Positions 8,565 through 18,288 are shown, numbered from the stretch's first letter. The stretch is DNA of 29,411 nt from Candidatus Thorarchaeota archaeon (GCA_016840855.1 JAEORO010000093.1:1-29411), one strand, 5' to 3'. Numbers and translations are program-made. Notes: a model not told the origin generated them from the letters alone.

Positions 8565-9965
8565 ATGTCTAAAGAATCCTCAATCGTGTATAGAACAGTA
8601 TCTGATGTCAGTGGTCCATTACTTGTTGTCGAAAACACGCATGATGTATCATACAACGAAGTTGTAAAAATTCGGTCCCCTGCTGGGGAACTATTAACAG
8701 GCACTGTTCTAGAAACAGGCAAAGGTCGTGCAATTATTCAAGTCTTTGAAGGAACAAGTGGTCTTGATACAGATACAACAGCTGTACGATTTACCGGCGA
8801 CACGCTAAAGCTACCGGTCTCGTCCGAGATTCTAGGTAGAGTTCTTGATGGCGCTGGAAATCCATTGGATAAAGGACCCCCACTTACTGCTGAGGACCAC
8901 TGGGATATTTATGGTTCTCCCATTAATCCATATGCACGACAATATCCACGTCAACCTATTCAGACAGGTGTTTCTGCGATTGATGGACTCAACACTCTAG
9001 TTCGTGGTCAAAAACTCCCAATCTTTTCAGGTTCTGGACTTCCTCACAACAGACTTGCGGCACAGATTGTTAGACAAGCTGAGATTCCTGGTGAGGAGGG
9101 TGAGTTTGCTATAGTATTCGCTGCGATGGGTATTACTGCCACTGAAGCGCAATACTTCATGCAATCTTTCGAAGAAACAGGTGCCCTTGAGCATACTACA
9201 CTCTTCTTGAACTTAGCAAATGACCCCGCTATTGAACGTATCATCACACCACGTGCTGCTCTCACTGCAGCTGAGTACCTAGCATACACAGCTGATATGC
9301 ATGTTCTCGTCATCCTCACGGACATGACAAATTATGCTGAGGCTCTTCGTGAAATCAGTGCCGCGAGGTCTGAAGTCCCTGGGCGTCGTGGTTATCCAGG
9401 TTATCTCTATACAGACCTCTCTCTTATCTATGAACGAGCTGGTCGTATACATGGACGAAATGGAACAATCACGCAGATGCCAATTCTATCCATGCCTCAA
9501 GATGATATGACTCACCCCATTCCAGATTTGACAGGTTACATTACCGAAGGTCAGATTATCGTTGGGAGGGGACTGCATAGGCGTGGCATCTTCCCACCAA
9601 TCGATCCCGGTCCTTCTCTGAGTAGATTGATGAAGGAAGGAATCGGTGAAGGAATGACACGATTCGATCACAAAGAAATTCAAGCTCAACTCTACTATGC
9701 ATATTCTGAAGGTCGTGACCTTAGAGACCTGGTTGCAGTTGTTGGGTCGGAGGCATTGACAGACCGTGACCAGAAGTACCTCAAATTTGCAGACCGGTTT
9801 GAGGCCGAATTCATAAATCAAGGAGAATTCGAGGACCGCTCATTTGAACAGACACTGGATATTGGTTGGAATCTTCTGAGTGACTTCCCAGAAAGAGAGC
9901 TCAAACGTTGTGACCCTGAAACTATCTCTTGGGCCCGCGATAAAGGTGTCTACAAACCAAGCTAA
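8565..9965 (+). CDS. atpB: A/V-type ATP synthase subunit B
   Basis: [55 protein letters not shown]. Start probably ATG 8565 (alternative 8544). Confidence 0.97.
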   Translation: MSKESSIVYRTVSDVSGPLLVVENTHDVSYNEVVKIRSPAGELLTGTVLETGKGRAIIQVFEGTSGLDTDTTAVRFTGDTLKLPVSSEILGRVLDGAGNPLDKGPPLTAEDHWDIYGSPINPYARQYPRQPIQTGVSAIDGLNTLVRGQKLPIFSGSGLPHNRLAAQIVRQAEIPGEEGEFAIVFAAMGITATEAQYFMQSFEETGALEHTTLFLNLANDPAIERIITPRAALTAAEYLAYTADMHVLVILTDMTNYAEALREISAARSEVPGRRGYPGYLYTDLSLIYERAGRIHGRNGTITQMPILSMPQDDMTHPIPDLTGYITEGQIIVGRGLHRRGIFPPIDPGPSLSRLMKEGIGEGMTRFDHKEIQAQLYYAYSEGRDLRDLVAVVGSEALTDRDQKYLKFADRFEAEFINQGEFEDRSFEQTLDIGWNLLSDFPERELKRCDPETISWARDKGVYKPS

Positions 9966-10070
9966 ACAGAGTAGTAATTTCAGCGCTTTCAAAGTTCGCT
10001 AACTGCCTAGTTTCCTCTAATAAGCATATAAAACTCTTGAAATCTTCACCCCTAGGCAGGGTGGGTGGTA

Positions 10071-10415
10071 TTATTCGTCACCTATTCCGTGGTGGAGGTA
10101 GTGGTCCTTTTCCTTTTTTGAGCCAAAACTCCTAAGACCATCGGCCTTTAGCTGGCCTTTTATGTCCCTAGCTTGCGATGGACTAATCTCATTTCGTTTC
10201 ATAAGATAATCAACGATTTCGAGAGCCTGTGATACAGTGTCACATCGTCGAATATAATCCACCACATCCGGTGTGAATGTTTCTCTGCCTCCCGCAGGGT
10301 CTGATTCCTCCGCCATTATCCGGACACCATCTATTTTGAATGTCTTTGTGGTTTTCTCTTCAAGTTCCTTACTGAGAGCGGGAAATACCTCCCGAAATTC
10401 ACCATCTTCAGACAT
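10071..10415 (-). CDS. DUF2095-like conserved archaeal protein
   Basis: FP.L..EL, PDVVDYIRRCDT..QALEIVDYL.KRNEIS, GLRSFGSKKE..HY pattern. Confidence 0.75.
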   Translation of the reverse strand: MSEDGEFREVFPALSKELEEKTTKTFKIDGVRIMAEESDPAGGRETFTPDVVDYIRRCDTVSQALEIVDYLMKRNEISPSQARDIKGQLKADGLRSFGSKKEKDHYLHHGIGDE

Positions 10416-10523
10416 ATTTTATCACCGTACAACTATAGCTCATTTGAGTCATAGTGTATCTCAAGAGTGATTTCTAAGAATTGACTTATGAGCTTTGCCG
10501 AGATAGCACTTGTCTTTTAATTG

Positions 10524-12050
10524 TCATTTGCGCAAAAAGGACCAAGGTAACTCCATTTGTAGCCTTTCTGCATCATTCGCGACTGATAGAAATGAGATTC
10601 CCGTTTCTTTCTCGGCTCGTCGCCACCCTCCGTAACCCCCATAGAAGGCCGCGGCCCGAATCACTTTCCCCAGTGACCTGTCACCTATGGAGAGCGCAGC
10701 TTGTATCCTTGCATTCCTTGGGTCTAGCGTTTCAATTGTAACCTTTGCCATTCCTTTAACCTCTTTTTCTACCATCTTCAACCTCCGGCGAAGTTCATCT
10801 ATCGGTGGTTGAGGTTCCCGCTCCCATCTTGTCTGAGCTTTTGGAATGAATGGATTGATGCTTGCGGTCACCTTTAAACCCGAAGATCTTGCCAACCTAA
10901 CAATCATGTCAGCTGAGGCCTTGACGTCATCATCAGTTTCTCCAGGTAGACCAATAATGAAGTAGAGTTTTAGTGAATTATATCCAGAACGAACAGCTAT
11001 GTCTATAGCCTCCTCAATCTCAGAATCCTGTAATCCTTTCCCAATGGATTCTCTTAATTTTGAAGATCCCGTTTCTGGAGCTAATGTTAGTGTTCGTTGT
11101 CCACTCTTGACCAAACATCTCAAAAGAGGCTCACTCACAGAATCTGCACGCAGAGAAGGCACAGACACATCCAGCCCCTTGTTCACAGACCAACATACAA
11201 GCTCTTCCAATCCATCAAGATCCCCTAGAGATGAGCCAATCATAGACACTTTTCTAACTGGTGTGACTTCTGTTCCCATATCTATAAGCTCTTTCAGTTT
11301 GCTCAAGCTTCTGGTCCTTCTTGGTCGGCACACATGACCAATAAGACAGAACCGGCATGAATGACCACAACCTCTAGTCACCTCAAGGAGGAATGACTTA
11401 CCAAAAACTGGCTCAAGAGGAGAGCCGTCTGGAACATCAGGAACAATCTGAGAGATAGGATACTCTAGGGAGTCTAGATTTACTATGACATTCCTGCCGA
11501 CTCTTGATTTTGGTATAGCAGGTATGTAAACCCCGTTCAGCTCCGCCAATCGTGATAAGGCATCTTTCCGCGAACTAGCAGACGCTACCACATCTACAAT
11601 ATCATGTACGATTAGATCGCCTTCCCCTAGTACAAAGGCATCTACAAAGTCGACAAAGGGTTCAGGGTTTGCGGTGATGACCGGTCCTCCCACCACGACT
11701 ATCGGGTCGTTTTCAGTCCTCTCATCAACAAGAATAGGTATATTTCCAAGTTCGAGCATCTGTAAAAGATTGATTATATCCTCTTCATATGTGAGAGAAA
11801 ACCCAACAATGTGATTGTCTTTTAGAGGTCTTCGACTCTCTACAGACAAAGCAGGAGACAGAGTGTCATAACGAAAGTACCTCTCACAAGAAGTATCCTC
11901 TCTTGAGTTTAAAACCGCGTAGAATATGTGCAACGCAAGTCCAGTCATTCCTGCTCGATATGTGGAAGGATAACAGAATCCAAACAAGACATCGACGCGG
12001 CTTGAGTCCTTTACTATAGTATTGAACTCCTTGAGTGTATTGGATTGCAA
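10524..12050 (-). CDS. Uncharacterized radical SAM protein (B12-binding-like N-domain, TIGR03960/YgiQ-like)
   Basis: YPSTYRAGMTGLA, GGPVITANPEP, GEGD, EVTRGCGHSCRFC (CxxxCxxC), PSLRAD, LAPETGS, KLYFIIGLPGET, FIPKAQT. Confidence 0.88.
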   Translation of the reverse strand: MQSNTLKEFNTIVKDSSRVDVLFGFCYPSTYRAGMTGLALHIFYAVLNSREDTSCERYFRYDTLSPALSVESRRPLKDNHIVGFSLTYEEDIINLLQMLELGNIPILVDERTENDPIVVVGGPVITANPEPFVDFVDAFVLGEGDLIVHDIVDVVASASSRKDALSRLAELNGVYIPAIPKSRVGRNVIVNLDSLEYPISQIVPDVPDGSPLEPVFGKSFLLEVTRGCGHSCRFCLIGHVCRPRRTRSLSKLKELIDMGTEVTPVRKVSMIGSSLGDLDGLEELVCWSVNKGLDVSVPSLRADSVSEPLLRCLVKSGQRTLTLAPETGSSKLRESIGKGLQDSEIEEAIDIAVRSGYNSLKLYFIIGLPGETDDDVKASADMIVRLARSSGLKVTASINPFIPKAQTRWEREPQPPIDELRRRLKMVEKEVKGMAKVTIETLDPRNARIQAALSIGDRSLGKVIRAAAFYGGYGGWRRAEKETGISFLSVANDAERLQMELPWSFLRK

Positions 12051-12063
12051 AACCTTTCACTCT

Positions 12064-13341
12064 CTATCGATGTTCCACATCCATTACGGATTGGCCTTGG
12101 TTCGCAATAACGAGTTTGTAAGGGGCAATATCTTGTTTAACGATGACTCCAACTCCTGTCTGAGACCCTTGATGAAGTACTATTCCAGGGCTTATTGAAG
12201 TTCCAATACCTGTCTTTACGTCATCACCTATGATAGCTCCGAGTTTTCGTCTTCCTGAATTTGTGCGCTCATTTCTTACTGATACAAAGATGGAATGATT
12301 ATCGTGACGAAGGTTCGCGGTAATCGTTCCTGCACCAAAGTTCGATCGTTGGCCGATTATCGAGTCTCCGACATATGACAGATGTCCCACATTTGTATCA
12401 TCCATTATGATGGAGTTCTTAATCTCTACAGCATTTCCAATCTTGACCCTCTTTCCCAGTGAGGTATATGGTCGAATGTAGCAGTTAGGTCCAATCACAG
12501 ACCCTCCATCTATGAAGACTGGTCCCTCTATGTAAGCCCCACTTTTCACAATCGTGCTCTCTTCGATGATTACATTACCTTTCACAACTGCGCCACTTTC
12601 AACTGTGCCATCTACTCGTTTTTCTATTTGTTCAAGATGTAATTTATTTGCATCAAGTAGGTCCCATGGTTTACCAATATCTAGCCACCATGATGGAAGG
12701 GAGTATGCTCCAACATTCCCTTTCACTATCAACATCGATATTGAGTCAGTAATCTCGTACTCTCCCCTTGCAGATAATTCAGTATTTTCTATTGCCTCCC
12801 ACAACGGATTGCTAATCGCATAGATTCCTGCATTCACCAGATTACTAACCATCTGGTCTGGTGTAGGTTTCTCAATGAGTGTTTTTGCCTTACCTCTTTG
12901 CACTTTCACTATACCATACGCACTTGGGTTCTCAATTGCTTTGACAGATAGCGTCAAGTCATATCCTTTCTTTTTGTGCAGTTCTATCAAGCCCTCAAAA
13001 GTATTAGGACCGACCATCACATCACCATACATCAGAATTGCGTTACTCTTTCCCACGAACTTTTTGGCATAGCCTGCTGCGTGTGCTGTTCCCTTTCGTT
13101 CTTTCTGGTCAACAAATGATATTTTCATCTTCCAAGATCGTGTTTCAACAGCTTCACGAAGTTTGTCTGCATGGTATCCATAAACAACCAGGGTTTCTTT
13201 GATTCCAGCCTTTTCCAGTGCCTCCATTGTGTGGAATATCAAAGGTTTCCCAGCAATTGGTAGGAGGTGCTTGGGCTGATTGGCTGAGAGTGGTAACATT
13301 CTCGTTGAATCCCCTGCTGCAAGTATAACGGCTTTATTCAT
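12064..13341 (-). CDS. glmU: Bifunctional sugar-1-phosphate nucleotidylyltransferase / acetyltransferase (archaeal GlmU type)
   Basis: AVILAAGDSTRMLPLS...PK, GTAHA, RGEYEITD, hexapeptide repeats with HLSYVGDS and GAGTITANLRHD. Confidence 0.88.
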   Translation of the reverse strand: MNKAVILAAGDSTRMLPLSANQPKHLLPIAGKPLIFHTMEALEKAGIKETLVVYGYHADKLREAVETRSWKMKISFVDQKERKGTAHAAGYAKKFVGKSNAILMYGDVMVGPNTFEGLIELHKKKGYDLTLSVKAIENPSAYGIVKVQRGKAKTLIEKPTPDQMVSNLVNAGIYAISNPLWEAIENTELSARGEYEITDSISMLIVKGNVGAYSLPSWWLDIGKPWDLLDANKLHLEQIEKRVDGTVESGAVVKGNVIIEESTIVKSGAYIEGPVFIDGGSVIGPNCYIRPYTSLGKRVKIGNAVEIKNSIIMDDTNVGHLSYVGDSIIGQRSNFGAGTITANLRHDNHSIFVSVRNERTNSGRRKLGAIIGDDVKTGIGTSISPGIVLHQGSQTGVGVIVKQDIAPYKLVIANQGQSVMDVEHR

Positions 13342-13458
13342 TGCTGGTCACTTAGCCCATGTTCTTTAGAGTTAAAGACTTTCCCGCAATTGGTCAAATG
13401 TCCGCATTGGAAAGTGAAGGATAAATCCCACCTCAAAACCTCAAAAACATTAAGATGG

Positions 13459-13498
13459 CGCAGTCATACACTGCGATATATGACTCCAGACTGCGATA
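13459..13498. promoter_or_regulatory. Putative operator array in the glmU / wHTH divergent promoter
   Basis: CGCAGT-catac-ACTGCG inverted repeat (13459-13475); ACTGCGATA direct repeat at 13470 and 13490; directly upstream of TATA-like TTAATAAG (13501-13508). Confidence 0.5.
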
Positions 13499-13582
13499 AG
13501 TTAATAAGTAACTTTGTAGTTCAAATAACTAGTTGATTGAGGCAATTTCTATTAGAAAACCTCAACTAATTGACAAATTATC

Positions 13583-13846
13583 ATGGGAAGGTATTCAAAA
13601 ATGATGAGCGATCAACAACTAAAAGAAGAGCTCAAGAACATGAAGCTCACTAAGAGTCAGATGATAGTCTTAGATATTCTCAGAAGTAGCGGCAAGGGTG
13701 GCGTTACTCCAAAACAACTCTTGGACAAAGTTTCCTTTGCACCACGAACTGTCAGATATGCTCTTAGAAAACTCTTGAAGAAGAGACTAATCAAGCGCGT
13801 ACCATGCTTGCAGGACATGCGGCAATGGATATACGTGCCTGCATAA
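13583..13846 (+). CDS. Small basic winged-helix (MarR-like) DNA-binding protein
   Basis: LTKSQMIVLDIL...TPKQL...APRTVRYALRKL...IKRVPCLQDMRQWIY wHTH pattern. Start may be ATG 13601/13604. Confidence 0.85.
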   Translation: MGRYSKMMSDQQLKEELKNMKLTKSQMIVLDILRSSGKGGVTPKQLLDKVSFAPRTVRYALRKLLKKRLIKRVPCLQDMRQWIYVPA

Positions 13847-13859
13847 ACAAATGAAATTC

Positions 13860-13893
13860 CGACACTAGTAGCCTTACGGGCTATTAGTTGTCG
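13860..13893 (+). terminator. Stem-loop 3' of the wHTH gene (terminator or mRNA stability element)
   Basis: CGACA-CTAGTAGCC-ttacg-GGCTATTAG-t-TGTCG: about 14 bp stem with one G-U pair and one bulge. Confidence 0.45.
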
Positions 13894-13953
13894 AATAAAC
13901 AACAACTTTGTTCAATTCTCAAAGCTTATAGTCTGATGTAAGGTTGGATTCCA

Positions 13954-14640
13954 ATGCAGGGGGCAAAACCAATCGACACGATAAGGGTTCTCACCGGTGA
14001 AGAGGCAATCGGTGCTTACAAGGTTCTTAGCGATGAGAGCAGGAGACAAATTCTTCATGCCCTTAGAGCTCGACGAATGTCAACTTCAGAACTCATTGAT
14101 TTTCTTTCAAAACAAGATCCTAACAAAGAGATCAAACCACAAACAGTGAGATACCACATTAAAGAACTAGAAAAGTGTGGCTTGGTCGAACAGGATGGCT
14201 ATGAGCCTACTGGAAATGGAGACAGTCATATCATGCAGAAGCTCTGGAGAGCTACAGCTGAAAATGTTTTCATAGCTACCGGTGATATGGATAGTCTCCC
14301 TGAACGGGCAGAATCTGATTTGGATCGGACATTAGATATTGTCGGTACAATGAAAAAACTAGGCTTTGAGCTCAAAGATGAGCAAGAGATGAAAGAAATC
14401 GCTGAGGCAATGACGAAGCGAGATAAGATTTACCTCCGCGGTCTAGAGTTTGCTAAAGAGAACCTTCGCGAGATTTGCGAAATAGACCCTAAACTGTACG
14501 TATTGTTTCGTGGTACTCTCAGTATAGTCCGCTTGGAAGAGAATGATTACAAAGACTACTGGGAGCTTAGTCGTAAAATCACAGATGCTCTTCGTGAGGC
14601 ATATAAGCGAGGTAAAGGCAAGAATCCTCTTGTGTATTAG
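13954..14640 (+). CDS. ArsR-family winged-helix transcriptional regulator with C-terminal helical domain
   Basis: KVLSDESRRQILHALRARRMSTSEL...QTVRYHIKELEKCGLVE...KLWRATA. Confidence 0.8.
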   Translation: MQGAKPIDTIRVLTGEEAIGAYKVLSDESRRQILHALRARRMSTSELIDFLSKQDPNKEIKPQTVRYHIKELEKCGLVEQDGYEPTGNGDSHIMQKLWRATAENVFIATGDMDSLPERAESDLDRTLDIVGTMKKLGFELKDEQEMKEIAEAMTKRDKIYLRGLEFAKENLREICEIDPKLYVLFRGTLSIVRLEENDYKDYWELSRKITDALREAYKRGKGKNPLVY

Positions 14641-16946
14641 CTTTTTGAGTCAGGATACCTTGTAGTTAGCAGACGTCTAATGCGGCCTGCAATTTTTGGT
14701 CCTACGCCTTTCACTTTTTGGAGTTCTTTCTGGTCTGATGAGAAGACTCTCTCCAAAGTGCCAAACTCCGATAGAATGGCTCTAGAAGTAACAGTGTCAA
14801 CACCAGGGAATCCGGAGAGAATATATTCGAGCGCTTCAGCATCAGTCCCTTTTAGGTCTCCTGACCGTGTTCGTAGTGGTTTACTTGATTCCACTTGTTC
14901 AAGATGTGCAATCCTATAGAGGACATTTGCTGTTTCCTCAGGATTTCGAGTCCAGAGAATGGGAATTTGAATTCTTATTGCAATTGATGCTAAAGCTCCA
15001 TAAATCGATGCAGGATTCACTGCTCGTAATCCAATTATCTGTTCGCCCTCAATAATCAGGACAGGTCGACGATATGCTGAACGTAATGCAGACAACTGAA
15101 CAAAAAGACGACCATCAATGAGTGATTGTATAAAATCACCAGTTTCTTTACGTTCAATAGCCACATCTTCAGATGCCACATAGTCACCTATCTCAAGACT
15201 TTCTCCAGATATCTCAACATCAAGCCTAGTAAGCTCACGTGCGACAGCTGTAGGAAGCTCTCTAGAGTCCACAATAAGTCGTATGCGACCATCATCTTTC
15301 CTTGGTGCCATGCTCACAATAGGTTCTGAAACTTGCTCGACCTCGTCGCTGACGAAATCATCGAGACTTGTCTGTTTCTCCTCCTCTTCTTTCTCTGCTT
15401 CCTTGAGAGCTGAAGGCATCTTCTTCAACTTACTAATCACACTCCAATGGTAGAATTCATCATGAGTCCCTTTTGCTACAAAAATTACCACGCGCCCCGG
15501 AGAACGCCGTCCAGTTCTACCTCGTCGTTGTATATATGGCACGACTGATGGAACACAATCATAGAACACTACCAGATTGCATTCTGGTATGTCAAGCCCC
15601 TCCTCACCAACCTGTGTAGCAACTAAAACATTGAATTCATTATTTCGAAAACCATCGAGAATCTCAACTTGCTTTTTCTGGCTGAATCCTTTGTCTGTAC
15701 CTCGAGAACTCTGCCCGACAAAACGACTGACTCGTGCATCATCAAGTTGTTCAAGGGTTTCGCTCACTTCAACAGCAGTGTCTCTAAAACGCGTGAATAT
15801 CAGAATTCGAGAATCAAGATTTACCGAGAGCTGCTCACTCACGATTTCTAATATTGCATCAGCCTTTGGATGCCTATATCCTTTATCGATTAAAGCTTTA
15901 AGCAGACTCTCAAACTGCTTGAACTCTGATCTCGCTACTAAATCTTTGACACCTTTTGAACTCTTTTTGTTTCGAATCTCTTCATAGACTCCTTGAATAT
16001 ATCTATGAGTTGGCATCAAGCCCTGAGTTCCTACAAACTCCAAGAGATGAACAATTCGTAACAGCGCTGTGAGATTTCGAATAACAAGATATAGTCCGTG
16101 AGGTGGTTTTGTATACGAACCGATTTCCTTTCTGACCTCGCTCTGAGTTCTCAAAATCTCTTTTCGAGTAATTCGTCTTGCATCTGGAATGCTAAAACCT
16201 TGATTGATGATTGGTGTTCTATATACATCAATAATTGAATAGAGTATATCTCTCAGGACCTCAATCTCTGGAGGTATTGTTATGAATCGTATTTCTGAAT
16301 CTACTGATACAATATAGTCATGGACATCTCTACTCTTCTCATCTCTGACCTCGACATGCGAAAGTCCTAGGTTCTCGCAGACTTCTTTGATGTTCTCAGT
16401 TTGATGACCTGGAGATGCAGTCAGTCCAAGGCTCCTTCTATTTACTCCCTGCTTTCCATACAGCTCTGCAATGAAAGTATAAGCGTAATTGCCAACTCCA
16501 CGATGAGCCTCATCAAATACTACCAATGAAACAGGCTCTAGATTATAGCTTCTCTGAACGAGATCATTCTGCAAGGCCTGAGGGGTCATTACGATTACCT
16601 GCGCCTCTTTCCAATCGTCTTTTCTTTGATCTGGAGCATCATGTCCAGTCAAACATACAATCGATTCTTCGTCTAAGTCAAGGACTCTTCTCAAGTAGCG
16701 GGCTTGTTGATCCACTAATGGTCTGGATGGAGCTAAGAAAAGCACCTTGGAATCCGGATATTGCACCAACCGCTTTGCTGCAACAAGAGCTGCAATCACT
16801 GTCTTACCAAGTCCTGTACTGAGAACAATCATTGTGCTCTCTCCATCCGCAATCTCAGCGAGGTTGACTTGATACGCTCGATACTCAATGCTGTTCTGAC
16901 GTATCATCGGTTCATCCACGTAGGACTCGGTATTTTCCAACTCCAA
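14637..16946 (-). CDS. hef: Hef helicase/nuclease (FANCM/XPF homolog): SF2 helicase, ERCC4 nuclease, HhH2
   Basis: YRAYQ, TGLGKT, DEAHR, GLTASPG, EEGLDIP, QRRGRTGR, VDSRE, ERKETGDF, C-terminal VKGVGPK HhH. Confidence 0.95.
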   Translation of the reverse strand: MELENTESYVDEPMIRQNSIEYRAYQVNLAEIADGESTMIVLSTGLGKTVIAALVAAKRLVQYPDSKVLFLAPSRPLVDQQARYLRRVLDLDEESIVCLTGHDAPDQRKDDWKEAQVIVMTPQALQNDLVQRSYNLEPVSLVVFDEAHRGVGNYAYTFIAELYGKQGVNRRSLGLTASPGHQTENIKEVCENLGLSHVEVRDEKSRDVHDYIVSVDSEIRFITIPPEIEVLRDILYSIIDVYRTPIINQGFSIPDARRITRKEILRTQSEVRKEIGSYTKPPHGLYLVIRNLTALLRIVHLLEFVGTQGLMPTHRYIQGVYEEIRNKKSSKGVKDLVARSEFKQFESLLKALIDKGYRHPKADAILEIVSEQLSVNLDSRILIFTRFRDTAVEVSETLEQLDDARVSRFVGQSSRGTDKGFSQKKQVEILDGFRNNEFNVLVATQVGEEGLDIPECNLVVFYDCVPSVVPYIQRRGRTGRRSPGRVVIFVAKGTHDEFYHWSVISKLKKMPSALKEAEKEEEEKQTSLDDFVSDEVEQVSEPIVSMAPRKDDGRIRLIVDSRELPTAVARELTRLDVEISGESLEIGDYVASEDVAIERKETGDFIQSLIDGRLFVQLSALRSAYRRPVLIIEGEQIIGLRAVNPASIYGALASIAIRIQIPILWTRNPEETANVLYRIAHLEQVESSKPLRTRSGDLKGTDAEALEYILSGFPGVDTVTSRAILSEFGTLERVFSSDQKELQKVKGVGPKIAGRIRRLLTTRYPDSKS

Positions 16947-17043
16947 AGCCTCACGTATTAGCTCATTTCTATCTATCAGTGATAATACTCACTGTAAAAA
17001 GCCTCCTACAAACAAAAGAAATAGAGCAAGGAGTCAAGTTGAA

Positions 17044-17385
17044 ATGACCACAACGACTAAGGAACCCATGCCCAGTGTCGAAGCAGAGCTATATGAACTT
17101 AGCATGCCAGGAAGACTGTTGGGAAAGGAAGTCCTAGACAATAGAGCCAGAAGAATTGGCATCGTACGAAGCATCAGGATTGCGCTCAACCCGACACGCT
17201 CAGAGCTTATTGTAAAAGGCGCCGAAGTAGAATTCCCCGTTGATTTCTCAAAAGTGGACGCAGTTGGAACTGTGGTTCAACTGAACTCTGTGGTGAAAGA
17301 TGCAGAGGAGATTGAGGTTCATGATGTTATCCGTCTTCAAAAAGAGGTCCTTGATGACATCAAGTCATATCTGGGTACAAGATAG
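17044..17385 (+). CDS. PRC-barrel domain protein
   Basis: LLGKEVLDNRARRIGIVRSIRI...LIVK...VDFSKVDAVGTVVQL is a PRC-barrel pattern. Confidence 0.75.
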   Translation: MTTTTKEPMPSVEAELYELSMPGRLLGKEVLDNRARRIGIVRSIRIALNPTRSELIVKGAEVEFPVDFSKVDAVGTVVQLNSVVKDAEEIEVHDVIRLQKEVLDDIKSYLGTR

Positions 17386-17455
17386 ACACCACTTTTGATA
17401 TAGTCGAAGGGTTTATTGTGGTGAGTGCAGATTTTCCACATCCGGAGGCATCTCC

Positions 17456-18277
17456 ATGGATCTCACTGTGGAAAAACTAGCCAAAATGATTGATCACACG
17501 GTTCTCAAACCGGAAACGACCAGCGCAAAAATCAAGCAGCTGTGCGATGAGGCAACGATTTACAATTTTGCAGCTGTCTGCATAAATCCAGTCCATACTG
17601 CATACGCTACAGAACTTTTGACAGGCACATCTGTGAAAGTATGTGTTGTTGTAGGATTCCCTCTTGGAGCCACAACTCCTGAAGTAAAAGCGTATGAGGC
17701 TGCAAATGTTGTTGCTGCCGGAGCTCAAGAGGTTGACATGGTCATGAATATCGGTGCACTACGAGATGAAAACTATGACCTTGTTAAGCGCGACATTGAA
17801 GCGGTTGTAGATGCTTCTGGAGATGCTCATGTCAAGGTAATTTTGGAAACTGGCTTTCTCATTGATGACCAGAAGCGAAAGGCCTGCATGATATGCAAAG
17901 AAGCTGGGGCTGATTTCGTCAAGACATCAACTGGATTTGGTCCCATGGGCGCCACTCCTTATGATGTTAGACTGATGCGTGAAACAGTTGGTCCCTCGAT
18001 GGGTGTTAAAGCAGCAGGCGGCATTCGGTCATTCAAAGATGCAATTCGTGTAATTGATGCTGGTGCAGATCGCATTGGGACTAGTGCAGGTGTCGCTATA
18101 GTTGAAGACTTTCGATGGGCTCAATATAGTGACTCATGGATGGCACCGGACAAGCCCTGTTGGACATGTCCAAGTCGGCAAGCCAACATGGCAAAGCAAC
18201 CTAAGGAAGTCTACAAGTGGTACAAAGAGCGATGTCTCACCTGTCCCGATAAGGAACATAATGTCTTCACCGATTAG
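17456..18277 (+). CDS. deoC: Deoxyribose-phosphate aldolase with C-terminal Cys4 extension
   Basis: [39 protein letters not shown] (Schiff-base Lys), [20 protein letters not shown] upstream. Confidence 0.95.
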   Translation: MDLTVEKLAKMIDHTVLKPETTSAKIKQLCDEATIYNFAAVCINPVHTAYATELLTGTSVKVCVVVGFPLGATTPEVKAYEAANVVAAGAQEVDMVMNIGALRDENYDLVKRDIEAVVDASGDAHVKVILETGFLIDDQKRKACMICKEAGADFVKTSTGFGPMGATPYDVRLMRETVGPSMGVKAAGGIRSFKDAIRVIDAGADRIGTSAGVAIVEDFRWAQYSDSWMAPDKPCWTCPSRQANMAKQPKEVYKWYKERCLTCPDKEHNVFTD

Positions 18278-18288
18278 GGGGTACAAAA

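Noticed and set aside
10003-10065. 8-bp inverted repeat CTGCCTAG/CTAGGCAG and a CACCC/GGGTG hairpin between convergent atpB and DUF2095
   Set aside because: Too short for a MITE, with no target-site duplication or second copy; at most a terminator-region structure.
13851-13896. ATGA followed by a hairpin, superficially like a eukaryote-type SECIS
   Set aside because: There is no matching 3' GA quartet or apical AA, and the upstream gene has no in-frame TGA.
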